Below the pieces are notes generated by a model, which saw nothing but the letters and a program-made list of their open reading frames with translations, was not told where the DNA came from and made no database searches. This document shows, one piece after another, positions 57,180-64,000 of a stretch of DNA of 64,000 nucleotides. This DNA comes from an uncultured Bacteroidia bacterium (GTDB lineage: Bacteria > Bacteroidota > Bacteroidia > Bacteroidales > CAJPTX01). Each line of letters starts with the position of its first letter. Position 1 is the stretch's first letter. A program made the position numbers and the translations under genes. The DNA lies in NCBI GenBank assembly GCA_963540065.1, contig CAUTNK010000006.1, forward strand, positions 50,766 to 114,765, in the 5' to 3' direction.

Positions 57180-58100
57180 CTAAGGAAGCACAGGTTGCTG
57201 TATGTAAGCTTTGTAGAGTTGTAGGGTATCGTGGGCAGCTCGGACATCGTGTACGCGAAGAATAGTAGCGCCCTGTATGAGAGCTAGAGTTTGTAGAACT
57301 TGTGTCCCGAGCAGCGCCCCCGCGGCATCCGTATTAAGCGGTTTGTATATCATACTTTTGCGCGAGAGACCAGCCAGTATAGGAAGGTCGATAAGCGAAA
57401 AAGCCGAAAGATTTCGTAGCAGCGAGTAATTGTGTTCGATACTCTTTCCGAAGCCAAAACCCGGATCTAGGACAATATCGGTAATCCCCCTTGTGCGTAA
57501 CTCTGCCACCCGCTCGGTAAAGAATTGTTCTACTTCTTCTATCAGATTTTCGTAGTGTGGAGCATCTTGCATAGTGGCGGGGGTACCTTGCATATGCGTG
57601 AGTACGTACGCCGTACGGTAGTGCGCTACAACATCGAACATAGACGGATCAAGGTTCCCGCCAGAAATATCGTTAATCATTTCGACGGAAAAGTCTGCGA
57701 GGAGTTTTTCAGCAACATCCGCCCGATAGGTATCAACCGAGATAGGGAGCTCGGGGGCAGTACTACGTGCAATACTGATGGCGCGTTTTAACTCGTTGTA
57801 TTCTTGCGCTGCCGTTGGAGGAGTGCTACCCGGACGTGTCGAACAAGCCCCCACATCAATAATAGCAGCACCCTCGTCGCGAATCTGAGCTACACGCTGG
57901 GCTATCTCCTCGTCTGTGCTGCAACGACTCTGTGGGTAAAAGCTATTCTCAGTCACATTAAGGATCCCCATGAGGATGGGGCTTTGTAGGGAGAGGAGTC
58001 GAGCTCCGCAACGCAGAGTCTTGGCTTTTGTGGGTCGGAGCCCCCCGAGCTGTTCGTTACATTCGCTACAAGGGATAGTTTGAGTTAGAGTTTCGTTCAT
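57180..58100 (-). CDS. folP: Dihydropteroate synthase
   Basis: 306 aa. Pterin-binding motifs are MGILNVTENSFY, IIDVGACSTRPG, ISVDTY, INDISGG and DPGFGFGK. Confidence 0.9.
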   Translation of the reverse strand: MNETLTQTIPCSECNEQLGGLRPTKAKTLRCGARLLSLQSPILMGILNVTENSFYPQSRCSTDEEIAQRVAQIRDEGAAIIDVGACSTRPGSTPPTAAQEYNELKRAISIARSTAPELPISVDTYRADVAEKLLADFSVEMINDISGGNLDPSMFDVVAHYRTAYVLTHMQGTPATMQDAPHYENLIEEVEQFFTERVAELRTRGITDIVLDPGFGFGKSIEHNYSLLRNLSAFSLIDLPILAGLSRKSMIYKPLNTDAAGALLGTQVLQTLALIQGATILRVHDVRAAHDTLQLYKAYIQQPVLP

Positions 58101-58130
58101 TTTTTGTGCAACGGCTTGCGTTTGGTTTGG

Positions 58131-59258
58131 CTAGTTTTTTCGGATGTCCCCTTTTGTATTAGAACTGAAGGTATTGCCCTTTTCGTTTTTTAGTTGCGCG
58201 CCGTAGAGGACAATTCCGTAGCCGCGATTGTGTGCAAAATGCGAGTTCGATACTTCCAAATCTTTTACATCATAGACAACTAGGGCGCCTTCCACCTCGC
58301 CTCCGCCACCAGCTTCGAAAGTACACTTACGAAAATAACTCTGTGCGCCCAATACATAGGTATTTACGATCACACTTTGCCAAGTACCCGGACTTTTGGT
58401 GGTAGACCGCGAGGTAAAAGTAACGTTATCGGCGTGGATACGTGTGGTAGTAAATTGTCCGAAATTTAGAGCGCCATCGCGTTCAAATTCGAAGCGAGTG
58501 TTCGGTGGTATAGTTACTTCCTCTGCATTGATAGCAATCTCACTCTTGACGACATAGGGGCAGTTGTAATTGTAGAAAGTGCAACGCTTCAGCGAGAGGC
58601 TACCTCCGGTTAGATAAATGCCGTTGGGAGAGGTTAGTTTTAATCCGCCTCCGAGCGCAGCGAGTAGCGAGGCATTCCCGTATATAGCAAATCCGTGCGC
58701 CGCCTGGATGTAAATATTGCGCAGATAGGGTTCGGGAGTGGCTGCACATTGTTGAATGTTAATAGCATTGCCTTCGCAATCAAGGAGTTGAGAGTCTGTA
58801 ACGAGGAAGTCGAGGTTTTGGAAACTGAGTGCGTAGGTATCGCCTTGCCCGGCACGTTGTAGTTCCAGAAAGTGTATACGGCTGTTTCCGTTGTTTTTTA
58901 GGAAATGAATCCCGCGCCAAGAGCTTTCTTTAGATTGTGCAGTGATGCGTACGGGTTGATTGGCAGTTCCTAAGATCCTAAGTCCAGCTTTTTTTTGCTC
59001 GCCTACCATGATCTTTGCTCTTTCGCCCATACGGATGGTAGTACCAGCTTCAATGGTTAGTGTAGCACCTTCGATGTGTAGGGTACCTTCTAGTAGAATT
59101 GGGTTATCTGATTTCCAGATGGTATCGCGCTCGATGCGTAGGGAGCCTACACCGTTCAGGTCGTTAGGGTCGTCTAGTTTACAGCTCGCGAACCCGAGAG
59201 TAAACAACAAAAGCAAACAGAAAAAAAACGAAAAACGAGGAAATCGTCGTATACGCAT
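58131..59258 (-). CDS. Lipoprotein with a predicted right-handed beta-helix
   Basis: About 375 aa from MRIRRFPRF...LGFASC (lipobox). Repetitive turn patterns such as GxxIxxxxxT/N run throughout. Confidence 0.5.
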   Translation of the reverse strand: MRIRRFPRFSFFFCLLLLFTLGFASCKLDDPNDLNGVGSLRIERDTIWKSDNPILLEGTLHIEGATLTIEAGTTIRMGERAKIMVGEQKKAGLRILGTANQPVRITAQSKESSWRGIHFLKNNGNSRIHFLELQRAGQGDTYALSFQNLDFLVTDSQLLDCEGNAINIQQCAATPEPYLRNIYIQAAHGFAIYGNASLLAALGGGLKLTSPNGIYLTGGSLSLKRCTFYNYNCPYVVKSEIAINAEEVTIPPNTRFEFERDGALNFGQFTTTRIHADNVTFTSRSTTKSPGTWQSVIVNTYVLGAQSYFRKCTFEAGGGGEVEGALVVYDVKDLEVSNSHFAHNRGYGIVLYGAQLKNEKGNTFSSNTKGDIRKN

Positions 59259-59370
59259 AGATTTTAGACCATTAATAGAGCAAAGATAACAGATTGTAGA
59301 TAACTGCAATAAAGTTGCTGTCCAATAAAAAAGAGGGTGTGTCATAATGAAAGTATTGCACAATAAAAAT

Positions 59371-59401
59371 GAGTGTAGTAGCTAGTATGCGTACTATACT
59401 C
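59371..59401 (-). terminator. Probable rho-independent terminator for the OMP gene at 59443-60075
   Basis: On the minus strand, a GAGTATAGTA / TACTACACTC stem (one G.U pair) is followed by ATTTTTATT. Confidence 0.5.
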
Positions 59402-59442
59402 ACTGTATCTGTAGGAGAAGAGTCTTTATAAAATTTAGTCTC

Positions 59443-60075
59443 TTATAAAGGAAAGCCTCTTTGCCCTATTCCGAGAGTTAATGCTAAACCAAGGGTACGG
59501 TGTGTATAAAGATTTTCACTTTGCCCCTCGCCGCGATTTATTTTATAGATCGGAATGAAGTTGCGATCCCAAAACGCTTTAACCCCAATGCTGAAAAACT
59601 GAAAGTGGTATCGAATGCCACCTTGAAAACGTAGGGCTACATCAAAACGTTGATGAAATTTATCCACTCTAGAGTTTACACAGAAATTTCCTACAACTCC
59701 TGCCCCGATGGGTATACTTAAATAGTTGCTATAGCCAGTAGGTATTCCGATGAGGATTTCGGGAATAAAATCCGCATCCAAATAATTAAAACGAATGGTC
59801 GAAGGTATTCCAACTATTGACGACTTCCCACCACGTTGTGTCCAAGAAAAGTTGTGTTCCCATCCTAAAGCAAAATAGGGCGAAAACCATAACTCGATAT
59901 TATACCCCAAACTTAAATGAGCTCCGGGATAGCTATTAGTAGCGCTTCCATCAGTTCCCACGATTTTAGGAATACTAACACCACTCCCCAAAAAGTAATT
60001 GCCTCCACCACCAATTTTCCCCCATGTCATAATGACAGATAAAAGGAAGACAACGGTAAATAGGTATTTTTTCAT
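59443..60075 (-). CDS. Small outer-membrane beta-barrel protein
   Basis: 210 aa with a signal peptide and Gly/aromatic-rich alternating strands. Visibly AT-richer than its neighbours. Confidence 0.5.
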   Translation of the reverse strand: MKKYLFTVVFLLSVIMTWGKIGGGGNYFLGSGVSIPKIVGTDGSATNSYPGAHLSLGYNIELWFSPYFALGWEHNFSWTQRGGKSSIVGIPSTIRFNYLDADFIPEILIGIPTGYSNYLSIPIGAGVVGNFCVNSRVDKFHQRFDVALRFQGGIRYHFQFFSIGVKAFWDRNFIPIYKINRGEGQSENLYTHRTLGLALTLGIGQRGFPL

Positions 60076-60155
60076 ACTGAATAGTATTAATTCTGAAAGT
60101 TTGCGTTCTTAAACGGCTACAAAAAAACGTATTTCGAATCTAGTCTAAATGGTTT

Positions 60156-60812
60156 TTATCGTAGCGTGCCTTTTCGTTGGGGCGAGAAACGCGATTCGGT
60201 GTGTGTGATAAGTCGTTTGATATTAGCTCGGTGTGTTACAAGTAGGAGGAGTGCAATGAGTATCGAAAAGATAATAAGGGGCAGGTCGCGCACACCAAAA
60301 AGAAAAAATAGGAACAGGGGGAAGGAGATGCCTGCTGTCATAGAGCCCAACGATACGTAGCGTGTTAGGGCGAGTACGAGTGCAAAGACACCCAGTGCAC
60401 AAAGGGTAGCAAGGGGATGAAGACCTAAAACTACGCCACAGAGTGTAGCAACACCTTTCCCGCCACGGAAGCCTGCAAATATTGGAAAGATGTGACCTAC
60501 AACGGCGCAAATACCAAACACTATGGCAAAAAGTGATACAGACAAACTAGTGCTAGGTGGTGGTGCCACGACAAAGAGGAGTAACGCTAACGTGGTGGAT
60601 AAGTAACCTTTTAGCACATCTATGGCAAAGACAATTAGCCCTACGGCGAGCCCTAGGGTTCGAATCGTATTTGTGGCACCAGCATTTTTACTGCCATGCT
60701 CGCGGACATCTATCCGGAAAAAGCTTTTTCCTATCCAGACTGCCGTCGGGATACTTCCCAAAAGATAGGCTACAACTGAAAAAAGAACCGTATAAACAAT
60801 CGTCAGCAACAT
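60156..60812 (-). CDS. plsY: Glycerol-3-phosphate acyltransferase PlsY
   Basis: About 218 aa from MLLTIVYTVLF. Motifs GSIPTAVWIGK, GSKNAGATN and FRGGKGVAT. The annotated upstream Met at 60887 is unlikely. Confidence 0.9.
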   Translation of the reverse strand: MLLTIVYTVLFSVVAYLLGSIPTAVWIGKSFFRIDVREHGSKNAGATNTIRTLGLAVGLIVFAIDVLKGYLSTTLALLLFVVAPPPSTSLSVSLFAIVFGICAVVGHIFPIFAGFRGGKGVATLCGVVLGLHPLATLCALGVFALVLALTRYVSLGSMTAGISFPLFLFFLFGVRDLPLIIFSILIALLLLVTHRANIKRLITHTESRFSPQRKGTLR

Positions 60813-60833
60813 CCTACACAAAGTTTGGTTGTA

Positions 60834-60841
60834 CAAATTTA
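60834..60841 (-). promoter_or_regulatory. Candidate -7 box (TAAATTTG on the minus strand) for plsY
   Basis: Perfect TAnnTTTG 22 nt upstream of the start at 60812. Confidence 0.45.
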
Positions 60842-60844
60842 GGG

Positions 60845-60852
60845 TAATTTTG
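60845..60852 (+). promoter_or_regulatory. Candidate -7 box TAATTTTG for the 60890 gene
   Basis: Perfect TAnnTTTG 38 nt upstream of the ATG at 60890, back-to-back with the plsY box. Confidence 0.45.
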
Positions 60853-60889
60853 TTGCCAATCACGCGGATGCGCCGATATCTAAACATCC

Positions 60890-61534
60890 ATGACTACAGA
60901 ATCAGAATTATCTATAACGAGGCAGCGAGCGCGTCTCGTTGCGGAAACGAAAGAGCGTCTGCATGCCTCCACCATCACCGACCAACAAGACGCGCTGGAT
61001 ACGATTCGCCACGAAGGCATTGACGAGCTTTTCGATGAGCTGCTCGCTCTTCTATCTTCTACACAGAACCAAGAGCTGACAAGACAAATAGTTGATCTGC
61101 TGATAGATGCCCGAAGTTCGCTCTTGGTAGATGCAATTGGTAATGCGCTAAAGGCGGAAAATCTACCCACCGAGTATCTCGCACAGTTGCTTTCGCTTTG
61201 TTGGCAGAGTCTGTTGGATTTTTCTCCAATTCTTTCGCAACTAATACCCTATTTACGACATCCAGATCTGCAAGTCGTTATCGAAGCTGTAACGAGTGTG
61301 GAAATTGCTCTGGATCACGCCTCGCGACAAGCATTGCAGGATACTATCCCGACTTTTAAGTACTACCTTGCCCAAGAGAAGCAGAGTGCAGAAGGACGTC
61401 GCTTTCTCGAAGAACTGCTTGCAAAGGCACAGATATCTCTACAACAGCAAACCAATGCGGCGCGAGAAGCACGAACGAACCATTCGCACCACCACCATAC
61501 GTGTGAATGCGACCATGAAAACGAGGATAATTAG
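60890..61534 (+). CDS. Helical-repeat (HEAT-like) protein with a His/Cys-rich C-terminal tail
   Basis: 214 aa, all-alpha with leucine-rich repeats. The tail is NHSHHHHTCECDHENEDN. Confidence 0.4.
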   Translation: MTTESELSITRQRARLVAETKERLHASTITDQQDALDTIRHEGIDELFDELLALLSSTQNQELTRQIVDLLIDARSSLLVDAIGNALKAENLPTEYLAQLLSLCWQSLLDFSPILSQLIPYLRHPDLQVVIEAVTSVEIALDHASRQALQDTIPTFKYYLAQEKQSAEGRRFLEELLAKAQISLQQQTNAAREARTNHSHHHHTCECDHENEDN

Positions 61535-61535
61535 T

Positions 61536-62045
61536 ATGGATGCGCAGTGGAAAAAACGGAATCCCCTTACTGATTTTTCTCCCAACCCCTTTACCTATTT
61601 CAATAATGCGCCGATACTGTTGGTTGGCACACGGAATCAGAGCAATGCTATGACCATAGGTTGGGGGCTTGTCGGGACACTTTGGAACCAACCCACGCTT
61701 ACGGTTTTTGTAGCTCCGGCGCGTTATACGTTCGATTTTATGCAATCTGCACCGTACTTTATGGTTATGGATTTTGAAAATCGGTCGATTGCAGACTACT
61801 TGGGTTGTCATAGCGGGCGGGAAGAGGATAAAGCTCAAGCACTACAGCTTACCACTCGTTATACAGAAAACGGGACTCCGTTTTATGAAGAAGCAACCCG
61901 ACTTATAGAGTGTCAAACGATGTATGCAGCGCCGTTTTTGCCCGAAAATATCAAACACCCCATCCCAAAGGAATATTATGCACAATCCCGTTCGGGTATA
62001 CACTCATTTTATGTAGGTGCTATTTGTAATATTTGGGAAAAATAA
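61536..62045 (+). CDS. Flavin reductase-like (FMN-binding split-barrel) protein
   Basis: 169 aa from MDAQWKKRNPL. The pattern NAMTIGWG is typical of flavin reductase-like domains. The start lies 1 nt after the upstream stop. Confidence 0.6.
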   Translation: MDAQWKKRNPLTDFSPNPFTYFNNAPILLVGTRNQSNAMTIGWGLVGTLWNQPTLTVFVAPARYTFDFMQSAPYFMVMDFENRSIADYLGCHSGREEDKAQALQLTTRYTENGTPFYEEATRLIECQTMYAAPFLPENIKHPIPKEYYAQSRSGIHSFYVGAICNIWEK

Positions 62046-62066
62046 ATCACAGCTAAAGACTTTGTT

Positions 62067-62867
62067 ATGCGTAAAATCCTCGTTTTATTGTCCTTAGTAG
62101 TTTTTTCGTTGGGGGCTTTTGCTCAAACTGCACGCGATACCATTTTCAACCAAACAGACGCAAAAGGTCGGAAAACAGGCTTTTGGAAAAAATTGTACCG
62201 CAATGGTAAGGTGGCATATCTAGCTGAGTTTAAGGACGGGCTCCAAGTCGGACGGATGATCCGTTACGACGAGGAGGGGAAACGACGAGCAGTAGTCGAC
62301 ATGCAGCCTAACCAGCATCTTGCGCGTGCACTGCTCTATGCTGCCGACGGTACCCTTGCTGCAAAAGGCAACTACTACGATAAGCAAAAGGATAGTATCT
62401 GGAATTATTATGCTGCCAGCGGAAAGATAATCCGTATCGAACACTGGAAAAAAGGCCAACAGGATGGCGAACAACTCTCCTATTCGGACGAGGGGAAACT
62501 TGCCGAAAAATTGCGCTTTCGACAAGGTAAGCAGCACGGATTTCAGGAGCTCTACTACGACACGGGAAACCTCCGCATGAAGTGGAATATGAATAACGAT
62601 CAGCCCGAGGGACTCTTCTTAAGTCTATTCCCCGACGGAAAAAAGCGCATCGAAGGGCAGTATCGTGACGGAAAACCCGACGGGATCTGGACCACTTGGG
62701 GGAATGACGGCAAGGAGATTAGCCGAACGGAATATAAGGATGGGGTCCCCACCAATGCCGCGCATCAAAACAGACAACAGGATAGTATGTTGCGAGCTTT
62801 ATTTCGGAATGCAGGGCGGATTCCCGAGCCTACCGTGCCCTCAGGACAGGGCGACGACTACTATTGA
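62067..62867 (+). CDS. MORN-variant repeat protein (YwqK-family)
   Basis: 266 aa with a signal peptide. Repeated G-x-x-x-G-x-x-x-x-Y/W units are present: KQHGFQELYYDTGNL, QPEGLFLSLFPDGKK, KPDGIWTTWGNDGK. Confidence 0.75.
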   Translation: MRKILVLLSLVVFSLGAFAQTARDTIFNQTDAKGRKTGFWKKLYRNGKVAYLAEFKDGLQVGRMIRYDEEGKRRAVVDMQPNQHLARALLYAADGTLAAKGNYYDKQKDSIWNYYAASGKIIRIEHWKKGQQDGEQLSYSDEGKLAEKLRFRQGKQHGFQELYYDTGNLRMKWNMNNDQPEGLFLSLFPDGKKRIEGQYRDGKPDGIWTTWGNDGKEISRTEYKDGVPTNAAHQNRQQDSMLRALFRNAGRIPEPTVPSGQGDDYY

Positions 62868-62906
62868 TGCAACATGTTGCGATACATAAGTTCGACTAAC
62901 ATGCAG

Positions 62907-62945
62907 AAAAAAGGTAGTCTCCTAAACGGAAAACTACCTTTTGTA
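62907..62945. terminator. Bidirectional rho-independent terminator
   Basis: Stem AAAAGGTAGT / ACTACCTTTT flanked by an A-run and a T-run. It serves the plus-strand gene ending at 62867 and the minus-strand tRNA-Thr. Confidence 0.65.
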
Positions 62946-62951
62946 TTTCTG

Positions 62952-63024
62952 AGCCTCTCATGGGACTCGAACCCACGACCTGCTCATTACGAATGAGCCG
63001 CTCTACCAACTGAGCTAAAGAGGC
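62952..63024 (-). tRNA. tRNA-Thr (anticodon CGT)
   Basis: The reverse complement folds as a cloverleaf. Acceptor GCCTCTT/GAGAGGC, D-arm GCTC-AGTTGGTA-GAGC, anticodon loop TTCGTAA, T-loop TTCGAGT. Confidence 0.9.
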
Positions 63025-63256
63025 AACAGCGCAAAAGTAGTTAGCCTAGACGAATTGACCAAATTCGTCTAGTACTGCACCCTTTACGCTTTGAGCATAT
63101 TAATGCCTTGCAAAATTATCCCCTGATATCTTTTGTACTAGGGAGCAAGTGCCTTACCATTTGGTGTGCTACTCTGCTGTTAGGTTTGTATAAAGCTATC
63201 ATGCTGTTTCGCTGCAGGCTTTTTCGTATCTTCGTACTGCAAAGGGGGATACCAAG

Positions 63257-64000
63257 ATGAATCAACTAAGAGATTTACCCATCGGTGTACAGAGTTTTGA
63301 GAATATTCGCAATCGAGGCTATGTGTATGTTGATAAAACTCAATATATCAGAGATTTGGTGCGAGGACATGTTTACTTCTTGAGCCGCCCACGGCGCTTT
63401 GGGAAAAGTCTGTTCCTCTCTACCTTAGCTGCGTATTTTGAAGGAAAAAAAGAGCTATTCCAAAGGCTTCATTTGGAAAAAGCAGAAGAGGATCTCGCCG
63501 TTGCCCAAGGACGCGAAGCATGGCAGAAGTATCCGGTACTGCATCTAGATTTGAATACAGGAGAGTATAAAAATGCCGAAGAGCTGAAAAGTGTACTAGT
63601 CTATCACCTGCATCAATGGGAAGAATTGTATGGTAAACCCACCAGCGAAGATACTCTAACGCTTCGTTTCGCAGGAATCCTCCGCAGAGCCTACGAACAG
63701 ACTGGGCAACAGGTTGTATTCTTGGTCGACGAGTACGACAAACCTCTTCTGCAGTCTGTGAATAACCCCGAGTTGTACGAGCAGTTCCGTTCGTTACTCT
63801 ATGCATTTTATTCGAACATTAAGAGCAACGATCAATACATTCGTTTTGTCTTCCTGACGGGAGTATCGCGTTTCGGCAAGCTGACGATCTTTAGTGGGCT
63901 CAACAACCTTGAAGATATCAGTATGGATCCGAACTATGCGGGGATTTGCGGTATTACGGAAACCGAGCTTGTTTCGAATTTTGCGCCCGAGATAGAGACA
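63257..64000 (+). CDS. AAA-ATPase-like (PF09820-type) protein, N-terminal part. It is a paralog of 52675-54291 and continues beyond the window.
   Basis: Open frame from the ATG at 63257 to the window edge. It reads MNQLRDLPIGVQSFENIRNRGYVYVDKTQYI ... YFLSRPRRFGKSLFLSTL ... VFLVDEYDKPL. It is absent from the ORF track because no stop is reached. Confidence 0.85.
   Translation, partial: MNQLRDLPIGVQSFENIRNRGYVYVDKTQYIRDLVRGHVYFLSRPRRFGKSLFLSTLAAYFEGKKELFQRLHLEKAEEDLAVAQGREAWQKYPVLHLDLNTGEYKNAEELKSVLVYHLHQWEELYGKPTSEDTLTLRFAGILRRAYEQTGQQVVFLVDEYDKPLLQSVNNPELYEQFRSLLYAFYSNIKSNDQYIRFVFLTGVSRFGKLTIFSGLNNLEDISMDPNYAGICGITETELVSNFAPEIET

Noticed and set aside
60813-60887. Upstream extension of plsY (track start 60887)
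   Set aside because: The extension adds a non-hydrophobic 25-aa peptide and would cover the candidate -7 box. The Met at 60812 begins directly with the conserved first TM helix.
61296-61535. Upstream extension of the flavin-reductase-like ORF (track start 61296)
   Set aside because: The extension overlaps the 60890-61534 gene out of frame and is Arg/Lys-rich junk. The Met at 61536 gives a normal domain start.
1-64000. CRISPR arrays, rRNA genes, intact IS elements or prophage genes
   Set aside because: Reading through all intergenic regions, I saw no regularly spaced direct repeats, no rRNA-like sequence, and no transposase, integrase or phage structural ORFs. A computational repeat scan would be needed to exclude short degenerate arrays.

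Overview
This is a 64 kb chromosomal window from a Bacteroidota genome, probably Bacteroidales (Porphyromonas/Tannerella-like). The evidence for that placement:
- a T9SS C-terminal sorting domain cargo gene;
- TAnnTTTG -7 promoter boxes just upstream of many starts, with no Shine-Dalgarno sequences;
- AAA-ATPase/PDDEXK_9 paralogs;
- the conserved coaX-porin-TPR-lptC-gldE and folP-cdaA neighbourhoods.

About 55 protein genes and 2 tRNAs, Ser(CGA) and Thr(CGT), are supported. I saw no rRNA, no CRISPR array, and no intact integrase or transposase.

**Layout**
- 1-25.8 kb is mostly housekeeping: mfd, coaX, lptC, holB, waaA, miaA, recG, psd, tig, clpP, efp.
- 25.9-33.5 kb holds a nuclease-less Type ISP-like DNA methyltransferase, followed by a Wbp/Vim-like sugar locus: WbpD-like, WbpA-like, Wzx, a FemAB-like protein, and a SiaB-like kinase.
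- 37.4-46.1 kb, immediately after tRNA-Ser, is an accessory block bounded by gene remnants.
- 44.7-64 kb mixes housekeeping genes with singleton ATPase/nuclease-type genes and a RhuM gene.

**Best candidate for an undescribed system**
The core of the 37.4-46.1 kb block is a tightly overlapping six-gene minus-strand operon (38081-44361). Its order is GT4 glycosyltransferase, radical SAM/SPASM, Cys-based phosphatase, NodU/TobZ-type carbamoyltransferase, WG-repeat protein, UDP-glucuronate decarboxylase. I do not recognise this combination as a described pathway.

**Second candidates**
- A genomically dispersed SiaA/SiaB/SiaC-like partner-switching set with no diguanylate cyclase in view.
- The Wbp/Vim-like locus, which may be linked to T9SS cargo anchoring.

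All functional calls rest on motif-level reading of the translations. No database search was run.
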